A DNA stretch of 63,998 bases, counting the filler, from Reticulomyxa filosa (taxonomy: Eukaryota > Protista > Foraminifera): NCBI GenBank assembly GCA_000512085.1. It is 17 parts of 17 records of this genome, joined end to end, with 100 filler letters (N's around TTAATTAATTAA, not from the genome) between each part and the next. Parts side by side here need not be neighbours in the genome. Positions count along the whole stretch, not along the records: positions 1 to 2,092 come from ASPP01028653.1; positions 2,193 to 3,593 come from ASPP01007000.1; positions 3,694 to 4,759 come from ASPP01033139.1; positions 4,860 to 7,256 come from ASPP01004591.1; positions 7,357 to 14,149 come from ASPP01003728.1; 12 more parts are not named here. One strand, written 5' to 3'. The notes beneath the pieces are model-generated. The model was given only the letters and a program-made list of their open reading frames with translations. It had not been told where the DNA came from and did not search any database. Shown here piece after piece: positions 1 to 10,687 of the stretch; the first letter of the stretch is position 1, and every line of letters starts with the position of its first letter. A program made the translations under genes and the position numbers.

Positions 1-109
1 TTTCTCAAAACGACTGAGAAATGCAATCTTTTTTGTTTTTTATTATATTTATATTAAACATATGTGTATCATGCATACACATTTAACATTCTCAAAAAAA
101 ATAAAAGTA

Positions 110-2092
110 AACTGGCATATTTGAGTGAGCATCTTCCTTTTGAACAACGATGACACATTTGAAATTTTCATGAACAAAACAATCTCTACTTTCAGTTCCC
201 AATGCCACTCGACAATACACATTTCCTGATTATTTTAAATAAGTGTGATTTTGTTTGCACTAAAAAATAAAAAATAGATGATAATACCTGAAGGTCTTGT
301 TTGATATCTCTGATTCAACATGTCATACAAACTTTCATGAATGCTTTTCAAATTGTGTAAAATAACAGTTTTACCCGTGTCCATGCAATCGATAATTTTA
401 TTCAATTGATTGTAATTGGAAATATTTGAATACTTGTCTTGAGGAAAATAACTCCCAAATAAAAATATTTGATTGAAATTCAAAATATTATATTCCAAAA
501 GTAATTGCCAAGAATAATATTCTTCACTGATTATCATACAATGTCGACTCACCATCAAATCATCTGATGACTGACCACGTTTCTTCTCCATTAAATTTCT
601 TTCCACACACATGACAGGAGTCCATTTCTTCAATTCTCGAATAACTTCACTTTCAGTCCTGTTCAGTACTTCCTTTAAAATTCTACTCAATTTTTTCCTA
701 TAATCATTATGATCAAGTCCACCAAAATTACGAAAATAACCTTCTAATGACTGTTTATTGGATCCTTCAGAATGAGTGGCTTGATGTTTGATTAATGCAT
801 AAAAATCACGTGCTCCAAAGAAATCACTATTTCCATTGAGTTTGAATGCATTCGTTTGATCTTTCATTATTCTTTCATACACTGTTATTATATTTATAAT
901 TGCTTGATCTAAAAATGTGGAATTTGAATTTTCGAGAATGGATATTGCTGTTTCCATCAATCCATTGTGATCCATTAAAGGAATCGAATGCATAATCATT
1001 CGATTCATTTTGGCAGCATCCAAAGACCAATTGGAAATACCAACAAATGAAATTTTAGGATGTTCCAATAATTGATGCAATATTTTCAAAGGATTGTGTG
1101 GTGATTGCTCTGCCAAGCCAATTTCATCAAATATCAATAATGTGGTAATGGTTTTGTCATTGGAATATCTTTCAGTATGATCCCATAATTCTTTTATGGT
1201 ACTTGGTTTGCAATTTTTTGTGCCTTGGAATGAAATGTACTGCAATGGTTTCACATTGAAATGGAATTGATTGTCTTTCAACTTTTGATTGAAATGTTTG
1301 ATATTGCGATGAGACAATGTATCAAGCAGAATCTGCAAAGATAAAGTTTTGGAAGTGCCAGGCTTGCCAACCACTATCACTGGCGTGGATGTAGCCACAC
1401 AGAAAAATAATATAAATAAATTTTCCTTCAAAGTATTGTGCAATGCTATTTGGGGTGGTATTTCAAATGATTTCGATAAATTCCTTATTTCAATATCCAA
1501 CAATTTTGAAAATGAACGTTTGTTTCTTTGATGCATTAGATTATTGTACATTGTTCTTCCCCTCTCATCCAATCGAAAATAATAACACAACCCCAATGCA
1601 ATATTTAGCGCCCTGTCTGTCCATAGTAATGTTTCGTCCTTTTCCAGTATTGTTTCATATTGTTGCATTAACCAATGAAAAAAATTGAGACATCTGCTTA
1701 CATCGCGCAATGAGACAATGAATTCATTGGCCAAGTGTTTACGCAAAAGGCAGTGTGATGCAGAAATATCCTCTGCAATCTTAAATTCCCATTGCTGTAT
1801 CTTTTTGTAAACAACAGTATTTTTATCAAATTTGAATTTAATTTGTTTGGTCATTGCTTGAATGTATTGCTTTTCATCCAATTTCGACAATTGACCAAAG
1901 GGCCAAACATATTCTTTCATGGTATCACATAAAGGAACAACACGATACATCCATTTGCTTAATGGATCGTTCTTATTCGTTATGTCACTGGTTTGTACTT
2001 TTCGTGGTCGATAAGGATTACATGCTGCAATAATCTTGATTTGATCACTGATTTTCACACCATCCAATCTACGATCACAAATGAGTTCTTTG
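110..2092 (-). CDS. RNF213/mysterin-like dynein-related AAA+ ATPase, internal fragment (intron 287..226)
   Basis: IIAACNPYR, VSLRDVSR, Walker A GKPGTSKT, Walker B LLIFDEIGLAE, SPHNPLKILH, ISNWSLDAAKMNR, FFGARDFYALIK and ESLYDMLNQ follow the RNF213 AAA-core motif order; after the GT-AG intron the frame continues GNVYCRVALGTESRDCFVHENFKCVIV. Confidence 0.88.
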
Positions 2093-2192
2093 NNNNNNNN
2101 NNNNNNNNNNNNNNNNNNNNNNNNNNNNNNNNNNNNTTAATTAATTAANNNNNNNNNNNNNNNNNNNNNNNNNNNNNNNNNNNNNNNNNNNN
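2093..2192. other. Artificial contig spacer (N44-TTAATTAATTAA-N44), first of 16 copies; others start at 3594, 4760, 7257, 14150, 19111, 20586, 23701, 26495, 28944, 34621, 36684, 37792, 39475, 42347, 62562
   Basis: Identical 100-nt spacer recurs; the core gives stops in all six frames; genes are cut off at these points. Confidence 0.98.
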
Positions 2193-2250
2193 TATATATG
2201 TATATATATGTATATATATGTATATATATGTATATATATGTATGTGTATA
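2193..2250. repeat. TA/TG-rich microsatellite (TATATG-type), probably intronic; similar tracts at ~4915-4978 and ~42490-42550
   Basis: Directly visible simple repeat upstream of a CAG acceptor (2275-2277). Confidence 0.85.
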
Positions 2251-2277
2251 ACGCATTTGTGAACAAAATGTCGACAG

Positions 2278-3593
2278 GAAGATGCAAAACGTGAATGGAT
2301 GGACGAAATAAACGATGTTTGGAAAAACCAAATGGCTTTGTTACACAAAAAGGAAAGCTTTCGTCGATCCTCTCTTTCGCAAGTTCCCCAACTTGAACAA
2401 AGACAACAGAGAAGCGATAGCAAAGGTGGTAGTATCAATGAGAACGATCACGACTATAGCCAGCGCAATATCGATATCAATACAAATATCAATATCAATG
2501 CCAATGCCAATGCTGATGTCAATACCAATAACAATAACAATAACAATAATAATAAAAATAATAATGGCAATGAAGATATGAATGTGAATGTGAATGAAAA
2601 TGAAAACGAAGACGAAAGCGGTGACGAAAGTGACGATACAGACATGGATGACAATTCTGGTAACGGACATTATAGCGACAGTGAGATCAATCGAAAGATA
2701 TCATTTACGCCAAGATCAGCATCACGTTCCGTCCTTGACATCAAAGCAGACATATTGTTGTCCAGCTCAAAACTGCAAACAATGGAAGAAGAAAACTTCA
2801 ACAAACTAACGCACCAGCAGCCACTCTTCATACCTGACGATTATAGTAATCAATGTTTGCAGTGCAGTGTCGAATTTACATTTATCTCGCGAAGACATCA
2901 TTGCTATCGTTGTGGTTTGCTGGTTTGCAAAAACTGCCGTGCCTTCACGTTAGATTTTATTTATTTATTTTTTCTCCCACTTTACCCAAACTCATTTTTG
3001 TAAAGTTTTTTTTTTAAAAAAAAAAAGAATACGAGATTCGTCTTTCGGCTTGAATCAACTAATACGTGTTTGTAAACGTTGCTATGAGTTATATTACAAA
3101 CTAAAGGGCAAATACAGAAAAGGAAATGAAGCTGCTCTTCTCATGAGAGACAGACAAAAAAGTGACAAAGGTATAGCTTTCAACAGAATCACGGCCAATA
3201 GCCAGAAATCCAATTATCGAAAGCCGTCCATTTCCGTTGCCAATATCAGCGAAACGAATGCGGCTCCCAAAGGGTCGAAACGAAAGAGCGAGCCCATGTT
3301 GAAGTCGAGGTCAATTCCACTGATCAAAGAAGAAACCAGCCTTGTGTTAAATAGGACTTCCATTGATACGTCGTCCAATGCCGGCTCCAATAACGAAGTT
3401 GCTGTTATCACATCCAATGTAAACAAATCTGCTGCGCCAACACTTGGCAAAGCTTTAACTCTCAACGCAACACAAAGTGAAACAAACATTCACACCAATC
3501 CTGAAAAAGAATATAAAATACAAAATCTCTCCCTTAAACAGAAAGAAGAAGAAAAAGAAAAAGAAAAAGAAAAAGAAAGAGAAAAAGAAAAAG
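2278..3593 (+). CDS. FYVE zinc-finger protein, partial; likely preceded by a PH domain (FGD-like); intron ~2940s-3027
   Basis: FIPDDYSNQCLQCSVEFTFISRRHHCYRCGLLVCKNC, then RVCKRCY after the intron; EDAKREWMDEI resembles a PH C-terminal helix; Asn/Asp-rich linker; (KE)n tail. Confidence 0.8.
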
Positions 3594-4995
3594 NNNNNNN
3601 NNNNNNNNNNNNNNNNNNNNNNNNNNNNNNNNNNNNNTTAATTAATTAANNNNNNNNNNNNNNNNNNNNNNNNNNNNNNNNNNNNNNNNNNNNTAAAATT
3701 CCCGTAATTACTCGAATAACTTTGTTATTTTATTTATTTTGCACGATGATATACACATATATATGTAGCTTATCTTTCAAATTCAAAAAAAAAAGAAATA
3801 CTTAACAAACGTACCTGACAAAGATGTAGAGAACCATTAGAAAGAAAGAGAATTCGTTGATAAAAAATTATGATTTAAAAATGAGGCATGTGCCAAACAT
3901 GTTTAGAAAAACATGCGCATAAAAATATCCGCGTACATATCTCGCTTTTGGAGTGAGAGAGTTGACTATTGTTTATTTTTAATGTAAGAATAGTTATAAA
4001 TATATAACTTTTATGTTTATTTATTTCGACATTCCGTTTGGGACCTCTCTCCCTTGTCTCAATAAACAACAGGAATGTTTTCTTCTTTTTATTGCCTGTG
4101 GATTTGGTGTTACTTTCTGCACCGTATTGTGTTTCGGCTTTCTTTGTTTCATTTCCAAATCCGTCCTTTTGGTAAGGAGAAATAACACGAAACTAGATTT
4201 CATTAGAAAAATCTTGTTCAACTGTTTAGAATTTTAGATCTTTCATTAAAAAGAAACCTTTTTAGTGTAGAACTTTTTTTTTCCTGTTTGATAAAAAAAA
4301 AAGAGTAACGAGTTATCTTAATAAAATGTGTGAATAAAAACAATTTTGGATAAAATTTGTTGGTCAAAAATAAAATTACAAATTTCTTTTATATAAAAGT
4401 TATGAGTTGCACAGTCGTAAAAACCTTTTTTCCTTTTCTTGGCGAGGTTCGGAGTCTTGGGTGTTGCATGTATAATCACGTCGTTTCAATGTTGCTCCAA
4501 CAGACACAATTGATTGATATCAAATTTAGTAGTACTACTAATTTCGACTCATTGCACGTTGCAAGTTGTGGTGCAACGCTCTACTTTTGGCAGTCGCACT
4601 CCAAAGTCAATACAGAGCATCATCCAATTGATACCACCGCCATACCAATAATTACTATACAGATCACTATCACGCCAGTTGCCAGCACGCCAACTAACAC
4701 CACTCCACTTACCAGCACAACAAGCGCAAATATCAATCTAGTTCAACAAATTCGCACACNNNNNNNNNNNNNNNNNNNNNNNNNNNNNNNNNNNNNNNNN
4801 NNNTTAATTAATTAANNNNNNNNNNNNNNNNNNNNNNNNNNNNNNNNNNNNNNNNNNNNGTTTTTTTTTTTAGAAAAAAAAAAAAAAAAAAAAGGGGGAG
4901 GGAAAGAAAGCTATGTGTGTATATATACATATGTGTATATATACACATATACATACATATACATATATGTATATGTATTTTATATGGATGGATAG

Positions 4996-5328
4996 ACCTC
5001 TTTTCGTCAATTGGATGAGGCATTGAAAGTCACAAATCGTCGTGTCAATGCCTTGGACCACGTCGTCATCCCCAGGTTGCAAAATACAATGTATTATATC
5101 TCAAGTGAGTTGGATGAGAGAGAAAGAGAAGATCTCTATCGCTTGAAAAAAGTTGTTGCTAAGAAAAAAGCTCTGCTTATCATCTCGGAAAAGGCAAGGA
5201 AGGAAAGGGAAAATCGCGAAGATTATGCGCCTGACACTTTGGGCACCATCAATGATGCCCCTGTTGACTTGGTCCAACAGTTGGTTGGTGACGCTGATGA
5301 TGAAGAAGATATCACTGGAATGTTGTGA
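4996..5328 (+). CDS. ATP6V1D: V-type ATPase subunit D, last exon
   Basis: [52 protein letters not shown] is the family C-terminal signature; AG acceptor at 4994-4995. Confidence 0.95.
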   Translation, partial: TSFRQLDEALKVTNRRVNALDHVVIPRLQNTMYYISSELDEREREDLYRLKKVVAKKKALLIISEKARKERENREDYAPDTLGTINDAPVDLVQQLVGDADDEEDITGML

Positions 5329-7356
5329 AGTCGTTTTTTTATTATTGCCTTGTCTGGCGCCTTTGTCGCTGTTGTCCGTCGTCTATACTTTTTTTGTGGG
5401 CCTTTTTTGGCGTTTCCAACTTCCATTTATAAAACTTGATTTGCGGATGTTTGTTTCATCCTTTGGAAACAAGCGAGACTAAACAACACACAACACTATA
5501 TTTATGTTCAATGCCAGAGCTTCTCTTTTTTTCTTTCAGCCAATTTGTTCCGTCTAGATTCAGTTATTCAAAAAGTTGCATTATAAAAAAAACAAAATAA
5601 AGAGAAGGTATAAAATACAGGAAAAATAGTACTAATTTTTAATAATAATAATAAAAATAAATAAGATACGAAAAACAGCACAATTCAAACTTTTACAACC
5701 ACTTCAACAAGTATATTATTTATTAATGCCCCGTTGTCACATGAAGCCACACACAATAAGACACTATATTACCATGCAATTATCTGCATTATATTTTTTA
5801 AAATGCTTTTATTAAATAAAATATCTCCTCCATTATTATCTTTCGCTCGAAATGAGCCAGTAGTTAGAATGCTCTTATTTCATCATTGGTAATTGATTAT
5901 TGTACTTTTTCGTATAGTCGTCTTTCAAAGCGCTAATGATAATATTTTTAATTACAAAGATACTTAATTGTGTTTCAAATAGATTCAAAGTTTGGTCACA
6001 TTCCATTTGCATTCTGATATATTAATGTGAATTCATAAAATCATTTAAATTTACTTTACATTATCTCATTTTATATCACAACCACCAAGACAAAGAAAAA
6101 GGTAAAAGCAACTGTGATAATTGTTGAAGCCAATGCTGATCGTGATCTCTTTGAAAGTTTGCATATGAAAAAAAAATTGGTGTGGATGAAAAGAATGTAA
6201 AATTTGAACGAACTTCTATTTGGAAGTGATTTGTTTGATCATTTAACTCGATATAATTTTCTCTATCCAGTTTGAGCTGTTTATTTTTTTCTTTTAGATC
6301 TTTGAAATAGCTATAGTGAATAAAATAGAAAAAACATGAAATAAAAAAAGTAAATTTTGCATATAATAAATATTATTTTAGATATTACTATTAATTAGAT
6401 TTCCATTCAAATTCGTATAAATTGTTCAATATGTAAAATTAACTTACAAACGTTATCTTCGCCTAGCTCGATAAAAAAACAAAAATTGAAAAAACATCAA
6501 AAGAGACCAAACAAGACAACGAGATGAGATAGAAGTTGGCCAGAAAAAAAAAGACAAACTATTTCCACTAGTTTAAAGTCACAAATTCATACAACGCCAC
6601 TCCTTCGTTGTATACTTTGATCTACAATAATTACTATCTTTGATTTTTAATGTTGGAGGATTGATTGTTTGTCTTTTATTCTTGTTGATTAACGCATAAT
6701 AATATTTAAAAAAAGCGAATTTTTTATTTAAAGAGAAATGAATTATCTGCATTGGATGTCATTTTACATCGCACCTTTTTTTCTTATTCTATTATTATCT
6801 TATCAATTCTAAAAACACATCGATTTAGAACTTGATGTTATCAAAGTGAACAAAAAGATAGTTAAAAAAATAGAGATTGACTGGAAATTGAAATACAAAA
6901 GATAACATCAAATTAAGCAAATATATTTCTAAACATTATCAAAAAAACAATTGCAAATTTCACTACGGAGTATCAACTTTTTCCAAGAATTTAAAAAGTA
7001 AACGAAAAATCCAAATTTTGAAAAGTTTTCTAACGAAATAATAAAAGATTATGATAACATCCGAACGATATTTAAAAACTGCACAGACACTACCAAAAAA
7101 AAACACTTGAATTACATGTTCGTTTTTTTTTATTCTACTATGTTCCTCACCAATTTGAAAAAAAATTGAAAACTTGATTGCACAAACAAGACATACATTA
7201 CTGCGTTTCTATTCTTGTCATGATATACAATTCTTTATGATCGTGCAAGGCCATGTNNNNNNNNNNNNNNNNNNNNNNNNNNNNNNNNNNNNNNNNNNNN
7301 TTAATTAATTAANNNNNNNNNNNNNNNNNNNNNNNNNNNNNNNNNNNNNNNNNNNN

Positions 7357-7397
<41 letters not shown>

Positions 7398-9049
7398 TGT
7401 CTTGCAAAATAAAAAATACAAAAAAAAAAGTTAAAAACAAAATAAACCCCTCTCCCTCCCCTCCCCCCTTTTTAAACAAACAAACAAAAAAAAAAAAAGT
7501 CAAAACTTGCATTGGAGTAATTCCAATCCCCCCGGAGATGAAAACGATATGTCGATAGTAATGCAAGGGTATAGAAGGCGAGCCATAAGGACCTTCAATG
7601 AAAACGGTGATATCCTTCAAAATAGTTTCTGGCTGGGAAGCGTGTTCCACCTTGGATGCGAGTACTTGCAACTTTTTGGTCCAATCGCCAAGGACGCGTA
7701 CACATACTTTGACCTCGTCGTCCTGCGGACAGCTGGCAATGCTAAACGGGTGCCACTCGGTCATATCCAACGCGGGGAGGCAAATGAACACATACTGGCC
7801 GCTTTCGTAAACAAAGTTATGTTTCGAAAAGGATATTTCAATGACATTTCCTGGCAAGCACTTCAGCGAGGTCAAATGCGCACGTTTGTTGCAACTGAAA
7901 ATAGTGAACATTCTCCACAGCAAGTCCAGCACCCAAAAGTATATGGACAAATGGAACAAGTTCCATTTGTCATCGTACCAGATTTTCGAGTCGTGCTTTA
8001 TTATAAAATATAAAAACATTAAAAACAACATCCAATGCATCTTTATGAACAATTCAAACATTTTGCGACGGAACGTCTCCAGCGAAAATAACAACAGTCC
8101 AACGGCCGACCCAAGTGCAAGCCATCCTGCCATCATTGGAGGTGTCTTGCTTTGCGTCTTGACGTTCGCATAGCCACCTTCATGCGACCAATAATTCGTC
8201 AAGGCTACCATATGAAGAAACGCCGCGGTTATCGAAAAGCGGGCCATTATTCGGTGATAAATTATTCCTCTTTCTTTTTTTTTTTTTTAAAAAAAAAGGG
8301 TGTTACTTTTTTCATGACGTATACACACAACATAAAAAAAAAAAAGGGAGTAAAGTTTGGTAAAAAAAAAAATTATTTTATATACCAAAGGGTAAACCCA
8401 TAAACAAATTCCACAAGGTATTTCGCTGGGCTAAAAACCATGTAACGGCAAAGCTATCGATAGCAACCGTTCCCAAGGCCAAACCGAAAATGCGAAAGTT
8501 TTCAATAGAAGTGTTGGTCGCTTTCATTCCGCCATTGTCATTTAAACCGCTAATAAGTATACCGATCTCGTAAAAAAGAAATGCTGCAAGTGCCAACAAG
8601 TCCGCAAACGTAGACATACCCACCCACAATACAATCATATGTACCGTATTGTTTTGCAACAGGTGAGGGCAGGTACAATTCAACAGCCAATCAAATGGAC
8701 GAAATAACAACACTCGATTTATTATCCATCGAATCTCTTCTACAATTTGCCACAGAAATACTATACACCAAGGACAACGACAAACACTTTCCAATGTTCT
8801 TGTAAATACTGACTTTCGTCTAAATGTCAGGCACCAACATCGACTTCTTGCTGCATTCACTGGAATTGCTATGTGCAATTTACTTGGTGGCAAATCTTTT
8901 CGGGTTATGGAACCGACTGCCCTCATCCGGCTGTCGTCGGAGTCATCGTTCTTCTTGTTATCTACCTTTAGTTCAACCTCTTTATTCGGATTTACAAGGG
9001 GCTCACGCAATCCACTTGGAGCTGACGCTTTGTAAAATTTTTTTTCCAT
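7357..9049 (-). CDS. Ferric reductase / NADPH oxidase-family flavocytochrome, 5' part (intron ~8385-8268; truncated at spacer)
   Basis: Paired heme-ligand histidines (FIHRIM...FLHMV; KMHWML...IKHD), GQYVFI, FAD motif WHPFSIAS, IEGPYG, NADPH motif GGIGITP. Confidence 0.9.
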
Positions 9050-9295
9050 GCTGAGAAGCCTCGCCCTCTCAATAAAAATTATGACAATTAGAGGGGAAAA
9101 AAAAAGGAATTCTTTGAAATTACATCCATAACGCGTAGTAACATTTTTAAAAACTTGTAACTCTAAGTATTGTAAATGTTTTTTTTTTGTATCAATTAAA
9201 TTTTTCTTCGCTTTGAATGTTACAAATTTTGAAGCCTAACAAAAAAAACCAGGTCTGAACTTTGTGATCGATCCACATTTGATATATGAAGAAAA

Positions 9296-10303
9296 ATGAG
9301 CGCAAAAAATCCCAAACACAGCAAAGTGAAGATAGAAGAACAAACCATTACATTTGGCAAAACGCATATTAATCGCTTGCGGCGAATAGACGTGCTGCTA
9401 ACGAAACAGTTTTCATATTTGTTTGATCCATATCCCTTGATAAGCCCGGTAGTCGTGGACATCGGCTATGGAGATTCACCTATCACGACACTGGAGATGG
9501 CAAATGCGATTCACAGTCAAAACAAGGAAGTCGAAGTAGTTGGATGCGAAATTGACGGGAAGCGAGTACGATTTGCAAAATCGTTTGTGGAAAATTTGGT
9601 TTCTTCTGCAACCATGGCCTCAACACAACAGCAATTTAGCCGCGTAAATACAAACAAAATGAATTTTTATCAATGTGGTTTTGAGTTTTTGTCACACGTG
9701 AGTAAAAAAAAAAATGAGGAAAAATCGCAACAAAAAGTGGTACTTATTCGGTGCATGAATGTGCTGCGTCAATTTTATGACGAAAGTAATGTTAAAAATA
9801 TTCATCAAACATTGTGTCAACAACTTTGTGACAATGGTATATTGTGCGAAGGCACTTCGAATAAGTTTGGTAGTTATTGGTGTGTCAACTTACTAAATTC
9901 TCGTTGTCAGTGCGTTGCCATTGTGTTTGGATGTAACCTCAAACGAGACAAGGGTCTCAAAACAGACCACTTTCACCCTAAAAATTGGCAGCCTTTTCTT
10001 CCAAAAAATTTGATTCATCGTGTCAACAATGAAAAAGGAGATGATACCATCATTTATGATTTTTTTACTGAGTGGAGACAATCTTATGAAGAAATGAAAT
10101 TTTCGTTACACATTTATGGTAACATCAGGCAACATTTCATACAAACTATCCAACACTTCAGTTCGAAAACACAAACATTTAAAGTCGAACGAAAGCTCAG
10201 TTTGGTGAAACGGGGATTTGTTATTTGGTACATTGAACCTTTTTTGCCAACCGCGGTTATATACGGTCATGATTTTCCACAGCGCAAAAATAAAGTACGA
10301 TAG
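9296..10303 (+). CDS. Bacterial-type class I SAM-dependent methyltransferase-like protein, intronless
   Basis: TFGKTHINRLRRID, VVVDIGYGDSPITTLEM (SAM motif I), VVGCEIDGKRV, GFE, IRCMNVLRQ, LCEGTSNKFG and LPKNLIHR; motif series recalled from an uncharacterised actinobacterial-type methylase family. Confidence 0.72.
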   Translation: MSAKNPKHSKVKIEEQTITFGKTHINRLRRIDVLLTKQFSYLFDPYPLISPVVVDIGYGDSPITTLEMANAIHSQNKEVEVVGCEIDGKRVRFAKSFVENLVSSATMASTQQQFSRVNTNKMNFYQCGFEFLSHVSKKKNEEKSQQKVVLIRCMNVLRQFYDESNVKNIHQTLCQQLCDNGILCEGTSNKFGSYWCVNLLNSRCQCVAIVFGCNLKRDKGLKTDHFHPKNWQPFLPKNLIHRVNNEKGDDTIIYDFFTEWRQSYEEMKFSLHIYGNIRQHFIQTIQHFSSKTQTFKVERKLSLVKRGFVIWYIEPFLPTAVIYGHDFPQRKNKVR

Positions 10304-10687
10304 ACCTTTTTTTTGACTTGTTTTGGTCGTGCGGTCTTTCACTTCAAGTGGTCCAGCGAAAATTTTAAATTTCCATATTTTCTTAAAAATAGATTGAATT
10401 GATGTCGAAAAAATCGCCAGACTTTACTTCCATTTGTAAGATTAAGTGTAATATAATTGATTATCCTTCCAAAAGACAATTTCCAATAGAAATAATAATA
10501 GTGATAAACTAATTGAGTTTTACATTTGCTCGATTTTCAATTAAATTTTAAATAGAGCTCTTTTCTTTACGTGAAAAACTCTACTTAAACGTTATTTTTT
10601 CGGCATCTTTTCTATGAGATCAAATCTGTCACTGAATAAAAATTTTAATAAAACTAATTTGAGTACAACTAACGGATTTGTTTGGTA

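Noticed and set aside
2315-2670. Hydrophobic ORFs on alternative frames (poly-I/V/L), also at 40382-40736
   Set aside because: Shadows of Asn/Gln/Glu-rich low-complexity coding sequence in another frame or strand
4357-4759. 152-aa Thr-rich ORF
   Set aside because: TTG start, no motif, runs into a spacer; coding status cannot be supported
7507-8013. 168-aa ORF antisense to the ferric reductase
   Set aside because: Antisense shadow in a locally GC-richer exon with no independent motif
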